DNA from: Candidatus Marinacidobacterales bacterium
Lineage (GTDB): Bacteria > Acidobacteriota > Vicinamibacteria > Marinacidobacterales > SMYC01
Length of the DNA: 64,000 nucleotides
Direction of reading: 5' to 3'
Assembly: GCA_965224085.1 (NCBI GenBank)
Contig: CBDCYI010000004.1
Location: 1,408,001 to 1,472,000 of the forward strand
Shown in pieces: positions 29,946-39,457 of the stretch. A program made the position numbers and the translations under genes. The notes beneath the pieces are model-generated. The model worked only from the letters and a program-made list of their open reading frames with translations, did not search any database and was not told the DNA's origin. Each line of letters begins with the position of its first letter. The first letter of the stretch is position 1.

Positions 29946-30905
29946 ATGATTCAGACCGTTCTCGGAACAATCCATCCGGATGAGTTGGGCGTCTGTCTAC
30001 CTCACGAGCACATATGGTGTGACCAGAGACTTGCCCCGCGAGCGGATCTGTTCGACGTCACGCGTTTCACAGACAGCTTCATGTGTCTCAATCACTTTGA
30101 TCGCATGGTCTCCGAGTTGAAAGCCTATCGAGAGGCGGGAGGCCGGGCCATCGTCGAGGTCACTTGCGACGGCTGGGGACGCGACGTGGAAGTCCTGGCC
30201 CGGCTGTCTGAAGCGGCAGAAGTTCATATCATCGCCACGACAGGCTTTTATGTCGAGCCTTGCATGCCGCGCTACGTGGCGGACTGGTCGGTGGCGAGAC
30301 TGGCAGACCATATCACCCGTGAGATCGAAGAGGGTACGGGTCCGAACCACCGCCGATGCGGGGTTGTGAAGTCGGCTATCCATCGAGCTCGCGTCGAGGG
30401 ACTCGAGGCAAAAGGGCTGGAGGCGGTGGCCATCGCTCAGAAGAGAACCGGGGTTGCGATTACCACCCACACCACCGGCTCGCGTCGCCAGGAGATCCCC
30501 GGGGGTAATGCAGGCGTGGAACAGCTCGAGCTTTTGAAGAGTCGGGACGTGAATCCCACGCGTCTTATCATCGGCCACGTAGACGAACGGCCGGACCTCG
30601 ACGTTCTCTCAGCCCTGGCCGCCGAAGGATGCTTCATCCAGTTCGATGTCATCGGCAAGCAGCACTGGCTCCTGGACGAGACGCGGGCGGAGCTGATTCA
30701 AGCCTTCGTCGAACGCGGCTACTTGGAGCACTTGCTATTATCTCAAGACAGGAATCGGGACGACGAGATGCGATACCGGGGCAATACTGGCTATTGCCAT
30801 ATTCTTGAATCCTTCCTGCCTCGTTTACATCAACTGGGCGTCACCGCAGAGCAGATCCAAGCGATGATGGTCTATAATCCCGCTCGAGCCTTGACCCTCG
30901 CTTGA
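29946..30905 (+). CDS. Phosphotriesterase-related (PHP/PTE) amidohydrolase
   Basis: IQTVLG, PHEH, GRD, TGFY, GVVK, TTHT, IGHVD, LSQD, NPAR. Confidence 0.9.
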   Translation: MIQTVLGTIHPDELGVCLPHEHIWCDQRLAPRADLFDVTRFTDSFMCLNHFDRMVSELKAYREAGGRAIVEVTCDGWGRDVEVLARLSEAAEVHIIATTGFYVEPCMPRYVADWSVARLADHITREIEEGTGPNHRRCGVVKSAIHRARVEGLEAKGLEAVAIAQKRTGVAITTHTTGSRRQEIPGGNAGVEQLELLKSRDVNPTRLIIGHVDERPDLDVLSALAAEGCFIQFDVIGKQHWLLDETRAELIQAFVERGYLEHLLLSQDRNRDDEMRYRGNTGYCHILESFLPRLHQLGVTAEQIQAMMVYNPARALTLA

Positions 30906-31154
30906 CGCCTAAAGATGCCACTTTGCAACGCCACGACGATGATTTCGTCCGTATTAGCAACGTCAAGCCGCTCAAAACAGCTCTTTTTACTTGAAGCAAC
31001 GGGTGTGTTCGAGTTTCACGAGATTTATCCGGGAATCATTGCTTCTTTCTTGTTATGGTTGCCGTCTCCTTGAGCACGCGGCCGAACACGAGCAAGCCAT
31101 CAGGGGGTTGTTTGCGACCAACGTGGCAACCGATGTCTGAGATGAGGTGGAATC

Positions 31155-32120
31155 ATGCGTTTTGCGAATAGATCGATTGCGGCACCTTTACTAATGGCGG
31201 CCGCAGTGGTCTCCATACGACCAGAACCTGAGGCCAACGCCCAGACCCTTGACTTCAAACATTCATGGATCGACGTTGACGGGGTGAATACGCATACCAT
31301 CGAGGCTGGAGGAGGTGACCCGTTCGTCCTGGTGCACGGAGGGCTCGCGTGGTCATCCGGCGAGGCCAACTACGGAGACGTCGTCGGCCCTTTGGGCAAG
31401 CACTTCAGGGCCATCGCTTTGGACATGATCGGCTATGGCAACACCAAGCCCCGAGGCCCCCAGGACTACTCCGGCCAGGCTCAAGCAGAGTTCCTCATCC
31501 GTTTTCTCGAAGCCCTCGACGCCGGACCGGTCTTCCTGACCGGAAACTCACACGGAGGGTTCCTTACGCAGTACGTTGCCCACGAACGGCCGGACCTGGT
31601 CAGGAGGCTCGTCATCACCAACAGCTTGAACGGTACGAATCCCATACCCCCACTACCCGAAGGCAGCAGCTATATCTACGGGCCTGGAGGCCACCAACAT
31701 CAAAGCCAGACCATCGAGCAGATTAGGAGCATGTTGGAACGATACTATCAACACAAGGATCTGGTCACCGAGCAAAGAGTTCAACTGGTTTACGACATCC
31801 ACCAGAAGAACTACGAGTTTGCCGACCTGAGAGGCAAAGCGGTTTCCCACTCGGTCGAGGCCACCAACGAGAACCTGAGCTACAAAGGGAAGCACATATC
31901 GGAGTGGGCCGGGAAGCTCGAGATGCCCGTGCTGCTCATCTGGAGCCAGCCTGGCTCGACGATTGAGTGGGGCCTGTCTCACTTCTTCAAGATCCCCGGA
32001 GCTGAGATGCACCTCCTCCCCTGGTCCGGGCACCATCTCTTCACAGATCAGAGTGCTAGATGGGTTCAGGTAGTGACCAACTGGCTCATGAATGAACCCG
32101 CCCGTCCGCCCGTTCGTTGA
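31155..32120 (+). CDS. Exported alpha/beta hydrolase
   Basis: LVHGG, DMIGYG, GNSHGG nucleophile, SGH; N-terminal signal-like segment. Confidence 0.85.
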   Translation: MRFANRSIAAPLLMAAAVVSIRPEPEANAQTLDFKHSWIDVDGVNTHTIEAGGGDPFVLVHGGLAWSSGEANYGDVVGPLGKHFRAIALDMIGYGNTKPRGPQDYSGQAQAEFLIRFLEALDAGPVFLTGNSHGGFLTQYVAHERPDLVRRLVITNSLNGTNPIPPLPEGSSYIYGPGGHQHQSQTIEQIRSMLERYYQHKDLVTEQRVQLVYDIHQKNYEFADLRGKAVSHSVEATNENLSYKGKHISEWAGKLEMPVLLIWSQPGSTIEWGLSHFFKIPGAEMHLLPWSGHHLFTDQSARWVQVVTNWLMNEPARPPVR

Positions 32121-32183
32121 GCTCGACGTTTCTCGTGCTCGCTCACTCTGCGTACGCTCGCTGGCGGCGCTCCTTGCTCGTGT

Positions 32184-33338
32184 TCAGCCAGGCAACCAGC
32201 CTCTCATGAGCGTCGCGATGACGAAGCCCCAGTAGTTCCCCACCGCGTAGCCAAACAGACCCGCCGCCACTCCCGGGAGGATACAATCGGTGTAACCGCG
32301 GGCGCTCGCCATCGCCAGAGCAGTTGCCGGACCACCGACGTTCGCTTGAGAAGCAACGACCAGAGTCGAAAGCTCGAATTTTAGCAAGCGCCCGACGCCG
32401 AAGATCACGAGACCGTGGATCATCACGGTAAAGGCAGCGTAGTAGAAGACACCTGGACCAACCTGGAATATGTTAGCAATGACCGACTTGGCGCCGTTGC
32501 TTGCCAGAAAAAGCAGCAAGATGTAGTTGCCCCACAAGGCACTTCCCGCCAACCCCCGGACCAGGGGTATCTGAGCGGCGAGCAGCGCGATGGTCGTCAA
32601 CCAGAGGACTTGCGGGATTTGGGGAACCTGTGACGCGATTTCCCCCGAAATCCAGACGGCTCCTACGGCGATGGTCACCAGAGCGGCGGCATCGGCGATG
32701 GGAACCGGCCTACCGCTGCTGTAGAGGGAATGCTCCAGAGTCATCTTTTCTTCGCCCGAGGATGGAGCCTCGGGCGCCCGGGCCGGCTCCGCGGTCTGCC
32801 TGGGTTGTCCCAGCAACACGGGAACCATCAGACAGGCGCTAAACCAGATGGTGCTCACCACCACGTCCGCGGCAACCGCGGAAGTGAACAGGCTACTGCT
32901 GGTTCCGAGCGCTTGTGCCAGCGCGGCGAAGTTCATCCCTCCGCCGGTGTAGGTGCCGGTCAACTGCCCTGCCAGCTTCCAAGTTTCCGGTCCCACCTGG
33001 CGGAACAACAGCAAGCCGCCGAGTATCGAGCCAATGGCAGCGCCCAAAGCCCCCAGCGCAAAGGCAGCCAGCATCTTGCCGCCCGCCTGAACGACGGTGC
33101 GAACGTCGACGGCCAGGAGGATCAGTACGATGGCGATGCGGACACCGGGCCCCATGAGTAGGTCGTAAGTAGGAGAGGCCCCCGGCAAGACGCCGGCGTT
33201 GGAGAGGACGAGGCAGATAACGATTCCAGTCAGCGCCGCTCCAAAGGAACGAAAGACGGTAACGTGCTCCTCCAGACGGAGCGCGACATAGACGGCCAGG
33301 GCAAGGACCACGAAAACTGCGAACGGATCTGAGATCAT
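32184..33338 (-). CDS. DUF819 family membrane protein
   Basis: GTYTGGGMNF and ASQANVGGP motifs; about 11 TM helices. Confidence 0.85.
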   Translation of the reverse strand: MISDPFAVFVVLALAVYVALRLEEHVTVFRSFGAALTGIVICLVLSNAGVLPGASPTYDLLMGPGVRIAIVLILLAVDVRTVVQAGGKMLAAFALGALGAAIGSILGGLLLFRQVGPETWKLAGQLTGTYTGGGMNFAALAQALGTSSSLFTSAVAADVVVSTIWFSACLMVPVLLGQPRQTAEPARAPEAPSSGEEKMTLEHSLYSSGRPVPIADAAALVTIAVGAVWISGEIASQVPQIPQVLWLTTIALLAAQIPLVRGLAGSALWGNYILLLFLASNGAKSVIANIFQVGPGVFYYAAFTVMIHGLVIFGVGRLLKFELSTLVVASQANVGGPATALAMASARGYTDCILPGVAAGLFGYAVGNYWGFVIATLMRGWLPG

Positions 33339-33339
33339 C

Positions 33340-33387
33340 CGATTACTCTAGCCGCACTTCCATCGATTACGCTAGCCGCACTTCCAT
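33340..33387. repeat. 24-bp tandem repeat (CGATTAC[T/G]CTAGCCGCACTTCCAT x2) abutting the DUF819 start
   Basis: Units at 33340-33363 and 33364-33387 with one mismatch. Confidence 0.9.
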
Positions 33388-33516
33388 GAAGATGTGACAG
33401 CTAAGTGGGCGTCACGGTAAATCCTTGCCTGCACGCAAGTCCAATTGATTGTGCTTCTGAGCCTATAAGCCAGGGACTTTCCTGGGTAGGAGTGGGGCGG
33501 GATTGTAGCGGAGGGC

Positions 33517-34603
33517 TGCCTTGGTGCACAACTCGCGATCTCGGTCCACAATTGTCCTGTACTCGCGGATACGAGGTTCCCCATGAGCATTTTCAAACGC
33601 ACTCAGCGGAAGTATGTGAAGAAGGCCTATCGCGTGAGGAATTGGCGTGAATATGAGGCGGGTCTACGCAACCGCGGGAGCCTGACCGTCTGGATCTCGC
33701 TCACCGCCGGCAAGCTTGTGAACTGGGACGCGCCCCGGCCAAGGAGGAGGAAACCGGGCCGTCAACGCAAGTAGTCGAACCACGCCATCGAGACGGCTGT
33801 CACCCTGGGCATGGTGTTTCATCTGTCGTCTAGGCAGAGCGAGGGATTGCTGCGATCGTTGTTCGCTCTGATGAAGCTAGACAATGATGTGCCCGATCAC
33901 ACCACGATCTCGAGGCGCAAGGCGAAGCTGGGTAAGGTCCCCTTCTACCAAGACAAGCAGAAGACGCCGTTGCACATCTTGATCGACAGCAGCGGTCTCG
34001 CTGTCCACGCCGGCCAGCTGCGCAGAGCACCAAATAGCAGGGACTATCGCAAGCTCCATCTGTGTGTCGACGAGCAGAGTGGCGAAGTCGTCGCCGGCGA
34101 GCTGACGAGCAAAAGAGCCCGCGATTCATCGCGGGTTGCATCGCTTGTCGGACAGAGCGACAGTCCCATCTCATCGGCCAGAGCTGACACCGCATACGAC
34201 GCCAGCGGCGTCTATGAGGCAATCGAGAATCACAGCGCTCATCGCTCGCCGAGGGTGCTGATACCGCCGCGCAAGGGCGCCCTGCTCGCATCGGGGCCGG
34301 CGAGCAGCCGACAGCGCAATCGCAACATTGCAGCACAAGCTCGGCTCGGCAAACGAAAGTGGCACACAGAATCGGGCTACAGCAAACGGAGCAAAGTCGA
34401 GACAACGTTCCATCGCTACAAGGCTATCGTGGGCTCAGCGATGCGAGCGAGAGGGTTGGCGGCACAGAGAGTCGAGGCAAGGATCGGGCGCAAGATTCTC
34501 AACACCATGACGGCGCTCGGGATGCCTGATAGCGAGATGATCGGATGATGGGAGTCGGGGCCAAGCGAGCTCTCGGCCTCTATCGGAGTTGTGCACCAAG
34601 GCA
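33517..34603 (+). mobile_element. IS5-family (IS903 group) insertion sequence, copy 2, inverted relative to copy 1
   Basis: Same 18-bp TIRs and 1087-bp length. Confidence 0.93.
33583..34548 (+). pseudogene. IS5 transposase with nonsense mutation
   Basis: TAG at 33772-33774 where copy 1 has TAC (Tyr); also RIGRK versus RIGCK. Confidence 0.9.
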
Positions 34604-34929
34604 TCCAATTGCTGGCCCCGACGCATCGTTTCTTTGTAGTTGCTATTGCCACCGTCGACAACGATATCGCCCGCGTCGAGACACTCCGATAGCTCCTGAA
34701 CGACGCTCTCGGTGGGAGCACCCGAGGGCACCATGATCCAGACGGCGCGCGGCGCGGAGAGCTTTGAAACGAGATCCTGAAGTGACTCGGCTGCTACCGC
34801 GCCGCCTTCTGCCGCGACCCGCACCACTCCGGGATTGCGGTCGGTGACGACAACGTCATGGCCGGCCGTAAGAAGACGCGTCGTCATGCTCGCGCCCATC
34901 TTTCCGAGTCCTACCATTCCGAGCTCCAT
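34604..34929 (-). pseudogene. gnd: Decarboxylating 6-phosphogluconate dehydrogenase, truncated by IS5
   Basis: [12 protein letters not shown]...PRAVWIMVPSG...VDGGNSNY; runs into the IS end after ~108 codons; the remainder is not on the other side of the IS. Confidence 0.88.
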
Positions 34930-36332
34930 TACTTGGTCTCCTTCCCCACCATGTTCTCAGGCCGCACCCATTGGTCGAATTGCTCGCCGGTGAGGTGGCC
35001 GAGCTCGAGCGCTGCTTGCCGGAGAGTTGTTCCCTCCGCGTAGGCTTTTTTAGCGATCGCCGCCGCTTTGTCGTAGCCGATATGCGGATTGAGCGCGGTC
35101 ACGAGCATGAGGGATCGCCCCAAGTTCTCCTTCAGCCTTTCGTGATTCGGCTCGATGCCGGTTACGAGCTTTTCCCGGAAGCTGTCGCAGCCATCCGCGA
35201 GTAGGCGGGCGCTCTGGAGAAAATTATAGATAATGACGGGTTTGAAAACGTTAAGCTCGAAGTTTCCCGAGGCGCCTCCGATTCCGATCGTGACGTCGTT
35301 TCCGAAGACTTGAGCACAAAGCATTGTCATCGCTTCGCACTGCGTCGGATTCACTTTGCCCGGCATGATGGAGCTTCCTGGCTCGTTTGCGGGGATCGTG
35401 ATCTCACCGATGCCACTGCGTGGTCCAGAAGCGAGCCAGCGGAGGTCGTTCGCGATCTTCATAAGCGACGCGGCGAGCGTTTTGAGCGCGCCATGCGCGA
35501 AGACAAGAGCATCTTTCGACGCGAGGGCTTCGAACTTGTTCGGCGCCGAGACGAAAGGATAACCGGTAAGCTCGGAAAGATAGGCCGCGACGCGTTTGCC
35601 GAGCTCTGGATGGGCGTTCAAGCCGGTACCGACAGCCGTACCGCCGAGTGCGAGCTCTTCCAAGTGAGGGAGCGCGTAGCTCAAGCGCCGGACACCATGG
35701 TCGAGCTGAGACGCGTATCCCGAGAACTCTTGGCCAAGGGTGAGCGGCGTCGCGTCCTGGAGATGCGTCCGTCCGATCTTGACGATGTCGTCGAACGCTG
35801 CGGCTTTTTGCGCGAGCGCGTCCCCGAGCTTCTCGACCGCGGGTAGAAGGCGAGCGCGCAGTGCTTGGACCGCGGCGACGTGCATCGCGGTCGGGATGAC
35901 GTCATTCGACGACTGACCTTTATTGACGTCGTCATTCGGATGGACGAGCCGCGCCGGGCCCCGTTCACCGCCGAGAAGCTCGCTCGCCCGATTCGCGAGG
36001 ACCTCGTTCATGTTCATATTCGACTGGGTGCCGCTCCCGGTCTGCCAGACGACCAAAGGGAACTCGTCCGAATGCTTTCCCGCGAGCACTTCGTCCGCGG
36101 CCTCGATCAGCGCTTCCGCCTTATCAGCGTCCAAGAGGTCGAGCTCCTGGTTGACGGCGGCAGCCGACTTTTTGACGAGCGCGAGCGCCCGAATGAGCTC
36201 GTCCGGCATCCGCTCGCTGCCGATGCAGAAATTCCGGCGGGAGCGCTCCGTTTGGGCGCCCCATAGGCGGTCTGTCGCCACTTCGATGGGCCCGAGCGAA
36301 TCGGACTCGACGCGCGTCGTTTTCTCCGTCAT
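34929..36332 (-). CDS. fumC: Class II fumarate hydratase
   Basis: [38 protein letters not shown] signature. Confidence 0.97.
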   Translation of the reverse strand: MTEKTTRVESDSLGPIEVATDRLWGAQTERSRRNFCIGSERMPDELIRALALVKKSAAAVNQELDLLDADKAEALIEAADEVLAGKHSDEFPLVVWQTGSGTQSNMNMNEVLANRASELLGGERGPARLVHPNDDVNKGQSSNDVIPTAMHVAAVQALRARLLPAVEKLGDALAQKAAAFDDIVKIGRTHLQDATPLTLGQEFSGYASQLDHGVRRLSYALPHLEELALGGTAVGTGLNAHPELGKRVAAYLSELTGYPFVSAPNKFEALASKDALVFAHGALKTLAASLMKIANDLRWLASGPRSGIGEITIPANEPGSSIMPGKVNPTQCEAMTMLCAQVFGNDVTIGIGGASGNFELNVFKPVIIYNFLQSARLLADGCDSFREKLVTGIEPNHERLKENLGRSLMLVTALNPHIGYDKAAAIAKKAYAEGTTLRQAALELGHLTGEQFDQWVRPENMVGKETK

Positions 36333-36436
36333 ATCGCCTCCTTCCTCAAAGCCTACACCGGAGAGGTTCCTCTTGCATAAATGGGAGGAAAGCGCCAGAA
36401 TTCGCGATTCGGATCAAGCCAAAGGAGGAAAACTGA

Positions 36437-37057
36437 ATGACAGACTCGACCAACGGGGGCGGGCTCCAACTCGGCGCCAGCGTTCCCGATTTCGAGCTCG
36501 CAACTTACGACCCCACTAAGAACGATTTCGGGACGATGAGCCTCGATCAAAACAAGAAAGACGGGAAGTGGACCATCTTGTTCTTCTATCCCGCCGATTT
36601 CACTTTCGTCTGAGCGACCGAATTCGCTGCTCTGGCAGAGCAGCAAGATCGCTTCAAAAAGTTGGGCGCCGAGCTCATTACCGTCAGCACGGATACTCAG
36701 TTTGTACATCTCGCGTGGAAGCGGCATGAAAAAAGCCTCGAGAATGTCGAGTTCTTGATGGGCGCGGATCCAACCGGAGAAGTCTCGCGTCTTTTCGGGG
36801 TCTACGTCGATGGTGCGGGCCTGGCACTGCGAGGCACGTTCATCATCAACCCCGAGGGCACGCTCTTGAGCTCGGAGGTCAGCTTCTTCAACGTGGGCCG
36901 CAACATTGACGAGGTCATGCGGAAGTTCAAAGCGAACCTTTACGTTGCTCGAAAATCGGCCGAGGCGTGCCCGGCGCAGTGGAAGGACGAGGGCGACAAG
37001 ACGCTCACACCTGGGCCGAACCTGGTCGGCAAGGTCCACGAAGCGCTTACCAAATAG
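36437..37057 (+). CDS. prxU: Selenocysteine-containing AhpC/Prx1 peroxiredoxin (PrxU type), 206 aa
   Basis: AAAGGAGG RBS; FFYPADFTFV-TGA(36611-36613)-ATEF in frame with VSTD..FVH, LRGTFIINP, GRN and ACPAQW; SECIS-like hairpin follows. Confidence 0.88.
36614..36652 (+). promoter_or_regulatory. Bacterial SECIS element candidate
   Basis: Lower stem GCGA/TCGC; upper stem GCTGCTCT/AGAGCAGC with G-containing apical loop about 20 nt after the UGA. Confidence 0.75.
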
Positions 37058-37076
37058 GCGAAAGTGCTCTACGGGG

Positions 37077-37100
37077 GAGGCTCGCCGCGCGGCGGGCCTC
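37077..37100. terminator. GC-rich hairpin between convergent prxU and dyp
   Basis: GAGGCTCGCC-GCGC-GGCGGGCCTC stem-loop; no clear U tract. Confidence 0.5.
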
Positions 37101-37114
37101 ACTCTCACCTTTCC

Positions 37115-38014
37115 CTAAGCGCCTAGAGCGCGGAGATCGAGCTTGTCGTCCTCGATGCCCGGGCACCAGTAATAGCCGCCGGAAACGGGTTTGGAGAAGC
37201 GAAACAAGCCGTCCACGATGCCGTCTTCGCGCCCGGCCATCCGGGTGAGCTGGGCCTCGAAGGCGTCGAGCGTGCGGCCGAAGGCGACGAACATCAAACC
37301 TTCGCCGTCGCGATCGGACCACGGCATGGACTGGCGGAGGACAAAGGCAGCGGGCTCGAAGCTCTCTTGCTCGGTCCGGTTGACGTGGGCGGAATCGGGC
37401 GCATCCTCGAGCTCCTCGTTGTCGTCAAGGCGCCGTCCGATGACGTCGTCCCGCTCGGCGTCCGTCATCGACTGAAGGCTCACAAGATCGTGCTGCCACT
37501 TTTGGACGGCCACGAAGCTCGACCCGTCCAGCCCCGCGCCCAGACCCGAAACGATGGCGGCTGCGACGGCGTCCTCGCCCATCGGGTTCTCCGTGCCGTC
37601 CTCGTAGCCCGAAAGATCCCGGCCGCGCCCCTCCGGCGTGGGATCGTGCTTAAAACTATCGACGATTTGCGCCATCTCGAGCACGGGATCGAAGAACTGC
37701 TCGAGCTCGAGACAACGGTGGATCAGCTCGCCGCGGTCGGCATCGCTGCGCAGCCAAATCCACAGCGCTGTTTGGGTCGAGGGTATCTCGACTCCAGGGC
37801 CCGTCAAGCTCGGAAACGTTCTGAGGCCTTCGACGATGCTCTTGGATGCGAGCACCAGCGAATTGCCGATCCCTATGACAATGTCGTCATCGAGCTCGAG
37901 CTCCGCGAGCGCGTCGAGCGCGTCGTGTGGGTCTTCGTCCGAAACGAGGTTGAGGAAGAGATAGCGTCCCAGCCGAGGGCCAGACGCGAGGATGCCGGTT
38001 TGTGGCTCACTCAT
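37115..38014 (-). CDS. Dyp-type peroxidase
   Basis: GYEDGTENP (GxxDG), GSSFVAVQKW, IGR, AHV, LRQSMPW, GGYYWCP. Confidence 0.92.
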   Translation of the reverse strand: MSEPQTGILASGPRLGRYLFLNLVSDEDPHDALDALAELELDDDIVIGIGNSLVLASKSIVEGLRTFPSLTGPGVEIPSTQTALWIWLRSDADRGELIHRCLELEQFFDPVLEMAQIVDSFKHDPTPEGRGRDLSGYEDGTENPMGEDAVAAAIVSGLGAGLDGSSFVAVQKWQHDLVSLQSMTDAERDDVIGRRLDDNEELEDAPDSAHVNRTEQESFEPAAFVLRQSMPWSDRDGEGLMFVAFGRTLDAFEAQLTRMAGREDGIVDGLFRFSKPVSGGYYWCPGIEDDKLDLRALGA

Positions 38015-38028
38015 GGTTCCGGTCCCTC

Positions 38029-38328
38029 TCAGTCGCCGAAGTACAGATCCGCCGCGCGGGCGAAATCGAAGTCCAGATTGGAGATGCCGTCGACGTCGTG
38101 CGTCGATAGCGAGATGCTGACTGAGTTGTAAATGTTCGTCCACTCTGGGTGATGGTTGATTCGCTCGGCGACGAGCGCGAGCTGTGTGATGAACGCGAAA
38201 GCGTCGATGAAATTCTCGAACCGGAACTTCCGGTGGAGCTTGCCATCGACCAGCTTCCAATGTTCGAGCTTTGTGAGCGCGTTCTCGAGATCTTCGTCCG
38301 ATAGTTTTTCTCTCTTATGTTTTGTCAT
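38029..38328 (-). CDS. phhB: Pterin-4-alpha-carbinolamine dehydratase
   Basis: AERINHHPEW, LSTHDVDGISNLD motifs. Confidence 0.9.
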   Translation of the reverse strand: MTKHKREKLSDEDLENALTKLEHWKLVDGKLHRKFRFENFIDAFAFITQLALVAERINHHPEWTNIYNSVSISLSTHDVDGISNLDFDFARAADLYFGD

Positions 38329-38487
38329 GAGTCTAGAAGGCGGGGATGAGTCCCGCTCTGATATCTCCCGTATAGACCAGGCCGTGACGATCGAGAGCAA
38401 TGCTAGAATGATCCGGATTGCATCACTCCTTTTCGACGGCGTAAGGATATCACCCTGGACGCGCTCACTCGACGCATTGACCGCGTC

Positions 38488-39315
38488 ATGCTTCTGTATC
38501 TGGCGCTCACGGGCCTCGCGCTGATCCCGAGCTTCCCGGTGCTCGTCGCTCTCCATTTGGCGGCCGGAATCACGATCCATTCACTGCGCTACTTGCCGGC
38601 GCGCCCTCGGGGGATCCCGCGATTCTTGCGAGACTGGTACCCGGCCATCGCGTTTCCGATCCTGTACAAAGAGGTAGAGCTGCTCGCTTCTGCTGTCGGC
38701 AACTGGGGGCTCACCGGGCCGGTCCAGAACCTGGAGGCCACGCTCTTCGGGGGCCAACCGAGCCTGTATTTGAGCGAGCGTCTGAGCTGGGTTTGGTTGT
38801 CGGAATATGCTCATTTTTGCTACTTCGCCTACGTGCTATTGTTCCCGGTGATTGGCGGCATTTGGTACTTCACTGGCAAGTGCCACGCTTTTCGAGAGCT
38901 TCTCTTCCTCATCTCCGTCACCTTCGCGACGAGCTATTTGTTTTACATCCTCTTTCCCGTGGACAGCCCTTATTACTTGTTGCCAAAGCTCGGCGAACCG
39001 CTGTCGGGCCGCTTTTTCTACGAGCTCGTGCACTTCGTCTCCTCCCGAGGGGGCGCGCGGGGCGGCGCTTTTCCGAGCTCGCATGTCTCCATCTCGACCG
39101 TGATCCTGCTCGTCACGTGGAAGTACCAGCCCCGCTGGCTGTATGGGTTTGTCCCGATCTATGCAGGGCTCGTCTTCGCCACCGTGTATGGCCGCTTCCA
39201 CTATCTACTTGACGTCTTTGCCGGCTGGGCGCTTGCGCTCGTGGTCGTCGGGTCGTTCAACTTCTTCAAGAAGAAGGAGCACTCCCCGTCGATTCGATCG
39301 GTTGTCCATAATTGA
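38488..39315 (+). CDS. PAP2-family phosphatase / phosphotransferase membrane protein
   Basis: FPVDSP, AFPSSHV, YGRFHYLLD motifs; start uncertain. Confidence 0.8.
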   Translation: MLLYLALTGLALIPSFPVLVALHLAAGITIHSLRYLPARPRGIPRFLRDWYPAIAFPILYKEVELLASAVGNWGLTGPVQNLEATLFGGQPSLYLSERLSWVWLSEYAHFCYFAYVLLFPVIGGIWYFTGKCHAFRELLFLISVTFATSYLFYILFPVDSPYYLLPKLGEPLSGRFFYELVHFVSSRGGARGGAFPSSHVSISTVILLVTWKYQPRWLYGFVPIYAGLVFATVYGRFHYLLDVFAGWALALVVVGSFNFFKKKEHSPSIRSVVHN

Positions 39316-39457
39316 AGGAACTCCTTCAAAATCAGGATCTCCAAAAATGGGTGACGAGACCACGATCCTGCCGGTGTTCCTTGCCGGCGTCGTCTTTCGA
39401 GCGCTCTCGAGTCCCGCAATCCCGGAGGGTACAATACAGAACGAACGGAGGACGGCC

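Noticed and set aside
33340-33387. CRISPR-like array
   Set aside because: Only two abutting units with no spacer and no cas genes; no array found anywhere in the window.
18960-34620. Target-site duplications for either IS5 copy or for the composite unit
   Set aside because: None of the four flanks match directly or as reverse complements.
37115-38014. Encapsulin cargo DyP
   Set aside because: No C-terminal targeting peptide (ends DLRALGA) and no encapsulin gene in the window.
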